Shown here: positions 11,153 through 22,246 of the stretch, piece by piece
Position numbering within the stretch: the first letter of the stretch is position 1
Layout: every line of letters starts with the position of its first letter
Assembly: GCF_006345805.1 (NCBI RefSeq)
Contig: NC_042997.1
Span: 61,194,001 to 61,258,000 of the forward strand
Length of the DNA stretch: 64,000 nt
From: Octopus sinensis
Lineage: Eukaryota
Direction of reading: 5' to 3'
Position numbers and translations under genes: made by a program
Notes under the pieces: generated by a model
What the model saw: only the letters and a program-made list of their open reading frames with translations
Databases searched by the model: none
What the model was told of the DNA's origin: nothing

Positions 11153-11445
11153 AAGGTGTGTAGCCTACTGTTTAGGCTGTTGTACTTAAGATTACTTAAG
11201 ATTGTTGTACTTAAGGTTTCAAATTACAGACAAGCAGTGCATTGTGTTCTAAAGCAAAACACTTCATTTCATGTTGCTCCAGTCTGCTCAGCTGTAAATG
11301 GGTAACCCTGTGAGGGACCAGCATTCTGTTCTGGGGAACTTCGGCCTACCTGCCTAGCCACTAGGTGTTGGAAGCTCCAACAATGTCGGAAAGCACATTG
11401 TGACCAGCAGTGTCTAACATCTGATAGTCTGGTCAATCTAGTGAT
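11153..11445 (+). mobile_element. SINE family D variant (diverged)
   Basis: gaaggtgtgtagcctact head, cacttcatttcatgttgctccagtctgctcagctgtaaatggg body, cacattgtgaccagcagtgtctaacatctgatag tail as in the copy at 33913. Confidence 0.7.
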
Positions 11446-12166
11446 ATAATTATTATATATATAAAATATTTTATAATAATGTTGTCATCATCATCATATT
11501 TTCATTCAAAATTTTTTTTTTCTATCAAACGGATATTTTTGCAAAATTTGTCTCTAAATTTAATTTTAATGTTTGTTATATGATTATAAAGTTAGAAAAA
11601 TTCAATAAATCTGTGTGCCTCAAGGGAGATGAATGTAATATTTTCAAGCAGTGTTAGAATTTACCACAGCTCACAGTACACAAACTTATTGAATTTTATA
11701 AACTTTATAAACTAATTCTTGCCATTGAAAACCATTGCTATTTTCCCTGAAATTCTCTTAAAATCTTTATCTTTGGCTAACTTCTATAGATGTTTTTAAT
11801 TTCAACTGTTACCAAGCTTCACACTTCTCTATCTCTGCTGTAGCTTTTGTTAAAGCCCTGTCACCATTTACACCGTCATTTTTATGTTTATTTTTCCCTG
11901 GCTACATGGGTCAGATGAGTGTTGATGTAGATTATTTTCTATAGCCAGATGCTCCTCCTGCTCCTAAACCCCTCCTGCTTCTAGAGTAGGTAATATTTCC
12001 ACTTGCTCTTCAAATAGCAAAGGCCAAACATACTTTTGTGACAGTAACTTTTGTTTACAATTAATGCTCACATGTCAAGATGAGGGAAAAACACAGGCAT
12101 ACACTCATTCATATACACACAAACATATACAAACATGTATATACATACATAATGCATCCATCTATT

Positions 12167-13410
12167 CAGGGGTTGGACAAAATAATGGAAACACCTTAAA
12201 ATTTTAAACAAATTTATTTTAATATGGGGTAGGAAGGACCACCTTTGGCAGTAATTACAGCTTGAATTCTACAAGGTATGGATTCATACAAAGTTTGAAT
12301 TGTTTCCAAAGGAATTTTTGTCCATTCTTCAGCTAAAAGAGTCTTCAGTTCTTGTAGTGATGATGGTGGAGGATATTGACTCCTTACTTGTTTTTCTAAA
12401 ATGCACCATAAATGTTCAATAATATTGAGATCTGTGGACTGTGGTGGCCAGATAAGATGTTCAACTTCACTAGAATGTTCCTCGTGCCATTCAGTAACAA
12501 CTTTAGCTGTGTGAATTGGTGCATTATCATCCTGAAAGATTGTGTTTCCCTTCAGAAACAGTTCTGCAACCATAGGATGAATTTGATGAGACTAAATGCT
12601 TAAATAGACTTGACTATTAATTCTACCATGAAGGGAGCCCATTGGGCTGGTGAATTTCCAAGATATAGCCCCCACCCAAGATCATCACAGATCCGCCTCC
12701 ATGTTTAACAGTTGGAAGAAGGCAGTCTGGGTCAAATGCTTCTTTTGGCTGGTAGTCGGAAATAAGGCAAAGGATGACTCATCTGAGAAAATAACATTTT
12801 TCAACTACTCTAGGGACAAATTCTGTAGGTTTTTGCTCCACTCTAAACGTTTTGCAACATTTGTTTTTGAAAGTAGTGATTTTCTGATTGCAGCCCTCCC
12901 ATGAAATCTAACTTTGTGCAGCTCCCGGCAAACAGTTTTTCTGGAAACTGGGATCTCAGGTGGTCATTAAGCTCTGCAGTAATTTTGGGAGCTGTACTTT
13001 TGTGATCCTTACTAACAATTCTTGTAAGAGTCCGACGGTCCCTATCTGAAAGTTTTGGTTTTCTTCTGGAGTTTTGTTTTGACGAGGAGGTTTCTCCCTC
13101 TTTCCCAAATGCTGTCATTACTTTCAAGACAGTACTTCTTGATACAGCAAACATTTTGGTTGTTTTCGTTACGCTAGCGCCTGCCATACAAGCACCCACA
13201 ATTTGACTTTGAAAGTCTGATAGATCTGTTATTTTAATGAATTTTAATTACCTTTTTCTGATGATATCCGAAAAGAAACAGCAATTTTAGCAAAACATAT
13301 TAAGTAACACTAATAATAAATCAAAAAACTTGAAAATTAACAAGCTTTTGACGGTTTTATAGATTATGATGCTATGATGCTAGGTGTTTCCATTATCTTG
13401 TCCAACCCTG
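12167..13410 (-). mobile_element. Full-length (1244 bp) Tc1-family transposon with a disrupted transposase
   Basis: TIRs caggggttggacaaaataatggaaacacct and rc cagggttggacaagataatggaaacacct, with TA on the right. ORF 12843-13199 is the paired/HTH region (KLSDRDRRTLTRIV). ORF 12214-12573 is the catalytic region (FQDDNAPIH...WPPQSTDLNIIEHLW). Frameshifts and stops lie between them. Confidence 0.95.
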
Positions 13411-13526
13411 TATATAAGCCTATTGTGTGTGTGTATGTGTGTGCATGTACTAAAACTCCTGTTAAACTAACATCCCTGTTTGTTGTTTATACATCTGTGT
13501 TTGTCTTTTGTTTCTTTGTAAATTCC

Positions 13527-13567
<41 letters not shown>

Positions 13568-14409
13568 AGCACACACACTCACACACACAACAGGCTCTTT
13601 CCTGTCCTTGTCTGCCAGATTTGACTTCCAAGGCATTGGTCAACCAGCCTGTAGTGTCTGCTGTGGGAGCAAAGACCAAACCCACATGGTTTTGAAGTAA
13701 ACTTCTTAACTACATATCCATGCCTTCACTTAATACCCATGTGTGTGTGTATGTGTGTGTACGCACACACATGGTCTACAATATATATTCAGTGTGCAAT
13801 ATTAGAAGTCACTCCACCAGCTGCTACATAACAGAGGATAAAATATGGCCTCATGATAAGGCTGAAGTGAACCATATATTAGGAAGAGCAAGCAGATTGC
13901 AAATTTGTTACTGTCTATATTTGTACTATTGGTTTGCTTTTGTACCACTAACTCATTACCAGATCATTATTTCTAGATTAGTTTAATAATTCTCATTATT
14001 CATTCACAGTATGCCATGTATTTTCTTCTGTAAAATACATTTTTGTAAATAAAGCAAATTATGTGTTTTATTGACAGATTTCTATTGTTTTAATTGTTTC
14101 AAATATATTCTGGTTATTAAACATTAATATTACTAAGTTATCAAAGGCACTAATACTGAAGTCTGATTAGTGAACCAGCATCGCCTTTCAGCTTTCTATA
14201 TTGTCATATCTTTTTCATCTTAGGTTTAATATTGTATGTGTAAAAATGTTCTCATATTTTTCTTTTTGTAGTCTTTGTGCATTTTGTCCTTCAAAATTGA
14301 TACTCCCTTACAAATTTGCTTCAAGAAAACATGAAATTTAGCTACAGATTGGTTGCAAAACTTTTAGACTTATATTTCTATATATATTCCTCTGTATTAA
14401 ATGGTGCTT

Positions 14410-15065
14410 GAGAGAGCACCATTTACTTGGCTACATCTGATATATGTTTCATGCTATTTCACCAAGAATCTCTGTCCTCCATTAGTTCTAGTAGATCCTC
14501 AATATCATATTGTCTTTCTGTTAATAGTATCATTGTTGTTGAGTGCTTTTCATCCACTATTTGGATGCAGACATCTCTAAAATATAACATCCAATATGGT
14601 CTGGTGTTCAACATAATAGCAGTGACCAGAAAAGCTTACCCTGCATCAAGCAACTATAGTAGACATGAGTGGAATGTATCCTTAAATCTTCTCTTTGATG
14701 TTCTGCTCATGCCATGAAATGTTTTGAGTTTTTGAGTTCTCATAGACAACATTGTTGTTTGTCCCTTGGGTATCAAGGAAGTCTTTCTTATTGTCAGCAA
14801 GTTTGGGCCCAAGATATATTGAAAATACTGATCTCTTTGAGTTGCCTGCCTCACCATCAAGCAGAAGTGATCAAGATGTTAACAAAGTCTTTATCTCTCT
14901 GACCTCAACTATGCTGATGATCATGCCCTCACAGCTCATCAGTTGAAAGATGTGTATGACTTGTTAACAACCCTCTAGAATGCTGCAGCCAAAGTCTGTC
15001 TGTTTCTTAGTGCAAAGAAGACTGAGTACATGATCTTTACGGAAGATGAAATCCACTGGCAAAAT
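14410..15065 (-). mobile_element. RTE-like LINE, 5'-truncated with an inverted 5' segment
   Basis: Minus strand ~14890-14410 reads NISWHEQ...GYIPLMSTIVA*CRVSFSGHC...LLELMEDRDSW (post-RT C-terminus). Plus strand ~14895-15065 reads SDLNYADDHALTAHQLKDVYDLLTTL*NAAAKVCLFLSAKKTEYM (RT 5-6). Confidence 0.8.
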
Positions 15066-15099
15066 TGTTCCAACAATTCTAGTCATCTTTTTAATAACT

Positions 15100-15510
15100 T
15101 TTTGTGGCTGTGAGATAATAGGTTTGCTTTCTATCCACATGGTTCTGGGTTCGGTACCATTGCATAGCACCTCAGGCAATGTCTCCTCCTGAAGCCTTGT
15201 GAGTGGATTTGGTAAGTAGAAACTAAAAGAAGCCTATTGTATATATATACATACATGTGCAGGTGTTTGTGTCTCCTTGTCTTGTCATTGTGTGACTGTT
15301 TTAAATGGTTGTCAATGTCATACAAGTAGTGTCATTCATTTCCAATATTTTGCCAGAATGTTTCTAGCCATGGAAGAATATTACTGTGTTTAAAAATAAG
15401 TGAGGGTTTGTGACGGAGGGTATCCAACTGTAGAATATCTGCCTCAAATAAACTCCATCCAATCCATTTAAGCATGAAAAAGTGGACATTGAGTGATGAT
15501 GATGATGAAA
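15100..15510 (+). mobile_element. tRNA-derived SINE with tail B
   Basis: ccacatggttctgggttcgg head, gccttgtgagtggatttgg body, aagtggacattgagtgatgatgatgatga tail. Confidence 0.75.
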
Positions 15511-16199
15511 TCAAGTTCATCAACCTCTCTGTAATGCTACTCACTTGTCAGAGAAAAAAAAATGTTATCAATTCATCCACCTCCTGCTTATTCTAAACAT
15601 TTTATGAAAAGTTTAAATGTTCTATTTAAAATTATCTTCACTTCAGTTGCATTTAATGTATGTATATTCTTTTGTTTATTATGGTTCACAAAGTTTTCTC
15701 ATTTGCACATAAATTATAAGAATGTGTTATCTGTTGTCCAGAATTTACAAAACAAAGTACAGCATAAGATAAGTTGAAGTATTTTTGTTCAACCAAAAGC
15801 CAAATCAAAGCACCAGCTGTTTTTTTTTAAGTCAGTGAGCACTTATTTGAGATTCCACATTAGATTATTGTCATCATTAAAATATTTCTATTGATGCCAT
15901 GAGATGCTTTTAGTCATAAAAGATGACTGTGAAATATGTTGTAATTAGTTTTAAATTTGCAGTTATGTTGTTACTATAGAATCCTTCAATAGTGAAAGTA
16001 ACAACTTCATTGCCTCTGTGTGTGTGTGGGTGTATTTCTGATGAAGCTCTTAAGACTTAAACCAATATCATGTAATTGATTCTTCTCAGATAAACATTTA
16101 TGCAATGAAAGGAAAATATTTACTTACAAAGATTAAATATTTTCTTAATATGAATAACACTCACAGTGCTGATCACACACTCTATATAACAGATTTCCA

Positions 16200-19100
16200 A
16201 AATGGAGGACAAAAAGTAGAGGATGAATTATTTTGATAAAAATTCTCAGCTCTTTAGTAATTCTACTTACATATCATCACCATAATTATCTTCTAATTAC
16301 TGTTCACTTGTTACTGAAACTTGCCAAAATAGCTTTTCTACAACCAGCTCTTCATTTATGAAGCTTAATTTCCTAAGATCTTGTCTGTCTAATGAGCATG
16401 CCTTTGTAAACTTATTTTATTACTGTTATCTGCAATTGGCTTGCATCAGTTTTATCACAATGTACATCATCTGTTCTCATCTTGTTTCTATAGTTACACA
16501 CTATTTCACCTTATTATTAACAAGTAGAATGTCCTCAAACTTAACAGTGCACATCGAACATGTCATACACTATTTCTTCTCCCTAAATCATTTTAACTCC
16601 TTTCTTCACAAGTAATAGTTCAGTATTACATTTTGTCACACTTCTCAACACCCATCACACATCCTAAACATTGTGTATAGAGTTGAAAGACTGCTTTATC
16701 ATCACATAATGACAAAACTTCTTTATCTCTTTCTTCATACTTCATAACATAAAATGTCATGTAAGATATTTGTTACCTTGTAGCAAAACCTGTTTTCCCT
16801 ATATCCAGTGACTTATAATCAGGTATACAAGTATATTTGGTACTTTTAATGGTTTACTTAGCTTAAGGGAGAGGTTGCTATATCTTACACAAAGCTTATT
16901 TCTAGATTGTATTGCCTTCAGAGTACTCAGTTTCAGTTTTTTTTTATCAGATTTCAAACCAAAAGCTCTTGAGTTATTGTTCACTGCAGGAATTTTGCAA
17001 TGTATTTAGGCAATATACTAAATTTTGCACACTTCTGTCTTCCAAGGTGTCATAAATCAGTGACATAATAATCTAAGATGGCTACTTGAGATAGTCTTGT
17101 GTCCTGTTAAGAAGGAAATTTGTCTTCCATCTACTTAATACCATGAAACTAACTATATTCCAGCATTTTCTCTTACATGAAAGATGTATTATATTATATG
17201 TTATAATCCATTTACTACCAGTTCCTTCCAAAGGGTTGTGACCAAACTGGAGCCCAGTCATTGGTGTTGCTGTAGCCTTCATTTCAGTGTTTAGTGAATG
17301 AGGAAATTTGATGTTACTGCTCTCATATGTGTGGTGTAGGTTCATCTGACAACAGCATAAGGACAGATCTTCAAGTTCCCATAGAAAAAGCATGTTTTCC
17401 AAATTTTAACATTTACTGTGGCTGATCTACTGCTTTACTTTTCCTTATTAACATCAGAATATTCCACTGAAGTCACAGGCATCTGGTACTATTTTACATT
17501 AGACTGAGTTTGTTCCAAAGACCTAACCTGTTGAATTCTACTACTCAACGTTAAGTGTAGTCATCTTATAATAATGTTTAAATGTATTCTACATATAACA
17601 GAATATCTTATACATGGTGATATAGTTCCCTCAACCACTGTAGCTTTAAAGTTGCTATCATGAACTAATACAATTAAGTTAAATTCTATAGAAATTCATC
17701 TATGTTTTCATTGGAATTTTGAAAAAGTGTTGCTAGAATGTGTTTGGCAATATATTTTATTGGGTACTTAAACTTCTAGCTTTTTAAAGTATTACCAAAA
17801 AGTTGTACTATCTTGTATAATGTCTGCTACATTAAGCTTGATATGTTGGAACAAAATCCTTAGTTTGATACTTCGTCAGAATACTTGAATTCTTTTTGCC
17901 ATGATTTACAAAAAAATCTTATCTTCTGAGGAAAGTTTAGAATGTTAAATTTGTCTGGTTTAGCTATATTGTTCATTTTGGGTCAGAGATTAATAACTTG
18001 AATTGATTAAACAGTTTTGATTAAAATGGTTCCATATATCATTCTTTTATCAATTTAAAAGAGAGCTTTCTATAGCATCCTTAGTAGAGGAAGAAGACAT
18101 AAGAGACATTATTGTGTTTAGAGATAAGTAACATTCATCATAAAATTGTAGTCCAACAATTTTTTGATAATATAGAATTTGCAATTACATCCCAGTATTT
18201 TGAATCTGGTTCCAGTAATGTACAAGTATTTTCTTTCTATATTTTACATCTGTATTTGTTTATAGAGCATCTAACATTGAAAATATATCATTTGGTATAT
18301 CCATATCTTGTTGGTTTTTATCATTTAGATTCTAATAATTTCCTGTGATTAGATTAAAATTTTACTCTCTAGTTATATTGATTCAAGAGAGTTTTGATAT
18401 TTTAGATTCTATTCTTGCTTTTAAGAGAATATAATTTTTCTGAAATAAAATTTCTTGTAAAACATGTTTTAAAAATTCCTTGAAATTATTGTAACTACAG
18501 TTTTCTTTCTAGTAATGAATGATATTGAGACTGACACAATAATGTACATTTTTTCATTTCAAAATTCTAATGTTGTTTCTGAAATTCTTGTACCATGAAA
18601 GCTTTTGTGAACTTTTCTTTTTTATCAGTTTTTTTCTTGCTCTTTATATGGTTACATATATGAAATATTAATTTAATCTTGAAAATTAATCAAAATTGAT
18701 AATACAAGTTTGATAATTGCATATGCACCAGTTCTCATCAATAGCAGAATTCTAGTTGGTAGCCAGAATATTCAACTATAGAGAATTTTTTTTTCAAAAC
18801 TCACATTTTTTCCTAACAATACTATTATAAAATTTTCTTCAAACAACATGAAAAATATTGATTAAAGAAAAATGGATAAAACAGACTCGCATCTGTTTTC
18901 TGTACTTTGACAGCGTAATTTAGGATTTTCTGGATAAAGATAATCAGTCACATTTCAACAAACTGATGCTTCTATTCTCTGACATTGTATTAAACATATT
19001 TAATTGCTCATTCTTCTAATCTAACATTTTAACATTTTTTTAATTGTGAGTAAACTTCCTAAGTTTTTTTTTCTTTTTTTTAAATTGCTGTTTTTATTGT

Positions 19101-19800
19101 TCAGTGGCACAGCAAGGGTTCTCAGTACCTATCAGGTGTAGTAATAGAGAAAGAGGAGTAAAAACACTCTTGGCATCCTTACCTTAACCCTTTAGCATTC
19201 GCATTACTCTGTCAAGTATAATGCTTATTTATTCACATTGTTTTAAATTAATCATGCATTATCTTTGTGATTATTTATTTTTAGAATGACTTTGCAGGGT
19301 AGGTGTGAGAATCTGGATCTGGCCAGTTTGAACACAAAACATGTAGAATATTGGGCCAGATATGGCTGGTTTAAATGCTATAGGATTAATTAACACACAT
19401 TTCTTTGTATACTCTGCTTTTGTTCAATAAATTCTTCATTGTGTCATCTTGAGAATTTATACAGAACTCTCTTGCAAAACGTTCTGATTCTTTCTTAAAA
19501 CCAGTTTTGAATATCTATTTTAAATGATGAATCATACAGTGATGGTAGCAATGCAGTGTGTACAAGTGGGCTCATAAAAGAAATTTCTTTTGATATTCTA
19601 GATTTTGTTTTTCTTATAATTTCTTTTTTTTTCAATGCAGCATTCTTGTGATTTCTAATTTCTTCGATAAAATCAAATGCTCAAATCTCTTTCTCCTTTC
19701 TTTGCTTTTTATATTTTTGTGTGAAATTAGTGAATATTTTTTGTGTTAGTTACATCATTTCTTTTGCAGTCTATTTTTCTCCCCACTTATTTTTTAAAAC
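16200..19800 (-). pseudogene. Heavily decayed coding remnant, probably an old RTE-like LINE ORF2
   Basis: Hand translation gives colinear weak motifs through many stops and frameshifts: RAFGLKSDKKKL (RT6-like), LKVPNILVYL (RT7-like), SSLSTLYT and KFED..VNN (post-RT-like). Not searchable here. Confidence 0.3.
19188..19385. mobile_element. piggyBac-type MITE
   Basis: TTAA|ccctttagcatt ... aatgctatagga|TTAA (decayed aatgctaaaggg). Related partial copy at ~55194-55326 ending aaaggg|TTAA. Confidence 0.7.
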
Positions 19801-20038
19801 ACTTTCCTCTCTGTTACTCACATCCTCCTTGTTCATGTTTCATCATCAGGGTATAAAAAGAACATAATCATGAAGAATAATGGATTGTAGTAAATTGAGT
19901 AAGGAAAATTCTGGATGCAAAATGATCGAGCCTGATAAAAAGTGTTCCAGACATGACTATCCTGTTTTTTTTTACTTATATATTCAGGATTATATTATTC
20001 AGTTGGCTTTTTTTATTTGCCTTAAACCAGTAGGGTAT

Positions 20039-20200
20039 GAAGGTGCATGGCCTAGTGGTTTAGGGTGTTGCATTCATGATTGTCAGATCATGATTTCAAT
20101 TCCCAGACCAGTTGGTGTGTTGTGTTCCTGAGTAAAACACTTCATTTCACATTGCTCTAGTGTTATATAGAGACTGGCAACTAAAAGGCAACTAAAAGAG
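20039..20200 (+). mobile_element. SINE family D 5' part
   Basis: gaaggtgcatggcctagtggtttagg A-box, gatttcaattccc B-box, ttgtgttcctgagtaaaacacttcatttcacattgctc. Confidence 0.7.
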
Positions 20201-21081
20201 GTTGAGGTAGGATTTGCCCTCCAACCTTGTAAAACCCTCAAAAGCAACAGCCACCTAAACAGACCTATGGTTTGAAGGGTTGTCACCTGAGTGGTGCAAA
20301 GGTTTCATCTGCCAGGAGTAGGGAACCACCAACAAATGGTGCATGCAGCAACATGTTACAGTGCATGTCCCCATACTACTACCTTTAGTAGTGTGTAAAT
20401 TGAGGAAGAAGTTGCTGCCATTTCTTGTGAATCATTGACTATATAGAGATTCTTTTGTTATCTCAGTTGATCATCAGTTACTGAGAAAATTGCTTTATAA
20501 GGTTACATAGGGGTTAAAGTAGTGTGTTACTTCACTGAGATAGGTAGTTATTTCAATTATTTTCAGGCTAACATTTTAGAATAATTTTCAAAAATTTTCA
20601 ACAAATTCACTTGGATACATAATTTGTTATCTTTAAATAAAAGTAAGTTTCAAGTGTTTTATTACTTTAACAATAAAGTTTCTATTTTATCTGCTGAAAT
20701 GTTAAGAGGTTGTGTCATAGATGCGTTTAGCTAATTCCAGTATTGTTAAATACCATAGCTCTGCTAAAGTATACAGTGCAACTGAAATAAATTAACCCTA
20801 TTCTCTGGAGTGCAGTGTTACCAAAGTCATCTATGAACTTTCTCATTCTCACTTAACTAATAGCTGACATATAGTGGTGACCTCATTAACCTTTTATTGT
20901 TTCTCGAGAGGAAAGTAATAGTTCAGTTTACAGGAAGGTTTAATTTACTTTGTTGTAGTTAGAAGAAGGCTTTGAATGTCAACCTTGGTAGATAAAATGC
21001 AAAAAAAGTATTAAACTTGAAAACATACAAGTTTATATATTATTTACCTTTTTGTTGCTGAAATATGTTAGTGTGTGTGTG

Positions 21082-21083
<2 letters not shown>

Positions 21084-21139
<56 letters not shown>
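21084..21139. repeat. (TA)n microsatellite
   Basis: Direct reading. Confidence 0.95.
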
Positions 21140-21141
<2 letters not shown>

Positions 21142-21505
21142 TTTAATTGTTTCAGTCTTTGGACTGTGGCTATGCTGGAGCACTCCCTTGAAGGGTTTAG
21201 TCAAACAAATTGACCCCACTACTTATTTTTTTCAGTCTGATACTTATTCTGTTGGTATCTTTTGCCATAACAAACCAACACCAGTGTCAAGCAGTGATGG
21301 GGGACAGACACAAAAACTCACACATACACGCGTATGTATATATATACATACAATGCACTCCTTTCAGTTTCTGTCTATCAAGTGCATTCACAAGGCTTTG
21401 GTTGGCCCATGGTTATAGTAGAAGTCACTTTCCCCAAGGTGTCATGCAGTGGGACTGAACCTGGAACCATGTGGTTGGCAAGAAAACTTCTTAACACACA
21501 GCCAT
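21140..21505 (-). mobile_element. SINE family A
   Basis: Reverse complement of the 54554-type sequence (gtttcagtc...atgctggagcact...cactcacaaggctttgg...gcagtgggactgaacctggaaccatgtggttgg). Confidence 0.8.
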
Positions 21506-22246
21506 GGATTTATATATAATATATATGTAGGATAAAATTACATAATATACTTCCTAACACAGGCATTGCTGCTTGGTTGAGTTTGCTTTGCAGCCATTTG
21601 GCTTCAGATTTAGTCACACTGCATGGTTCCTTGGGCAAGATTCTTGTACTGGAGCCTCAAGCTTGTGAGCAAATTTTGTAGATATAAGTTTAAAAAACCC
21701 CATTTGTATGTGTATATCATCATCATCATCAAACATCCATTTTCCATGCTAGCATGGGTAAGATGGTTTGACTGGGACTGGTAAGCCAGAGAGTTGCACC
21801 AGACTCCAGCTATCTGTTTTGGCTTGGTTTCTCTGGCTGGATGCCCTTCCTAACACTAATCCCTTTATAGAGTGTATTGGGTGTTTCTTATTTGTCACTG
21901 GTGCAGGTGCCTTTTACATGTCACCAGCTCAGGTTGTCACTGGCACAGGTGTGTATATATATGTATGTATGCATGCATGTATGTATGTATACATATTGTG
22001 TTCCCTCAACATTAGCATGCTGATTGTAAACAAAGTCACCATGCATATAATGAGAATTATGGAGTTATTTATTTGTAATCTTCCATGAAAATATGTTCAC
22101 CATTTGAATGGTCCACTGTTCAGAGAAGTAAGGGAAATATTGCCTTGCTCGGAAACAAACAAGGGAACATTGGCAACTGGTTGTAGAAAACCTGCCTTAA
22201 AAGAATTGATCTGATCTATGCAAGCACAGAAAAGTGTGAGTTAAAA

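Noticed and set aside
13255-13280. CTGATGA...CCGAAA inside the Tc1 element
   Set aside because: No room for stem II and no stem I partner.
16036-16065. ctgatgaagctcttaagacttaaac, hammerhead-like start
   Set aside because: Stem II is imperfect, GAAA is absent and there is no stem I.
16250-16780. Possible Ginger/KRBA2-like integrase zinc finger (EEIVYDMFDVHC*V*GH) in one minus-strand frame
   Set aside because: Many stops; an alternative frame fits a LINE post-RT region colinear with upstream RT-like motifs. Unresolved without a search.
21048-21057. 10-nt microexon candidate (ctaacatatttcAG CAACAAAAAG GTaaat) on the minus strand
   Set aside because: The branch point is only ~10 nt from the AG, the length is not a multiple of 3, and it does not bridge the phases of the other candidate exons.
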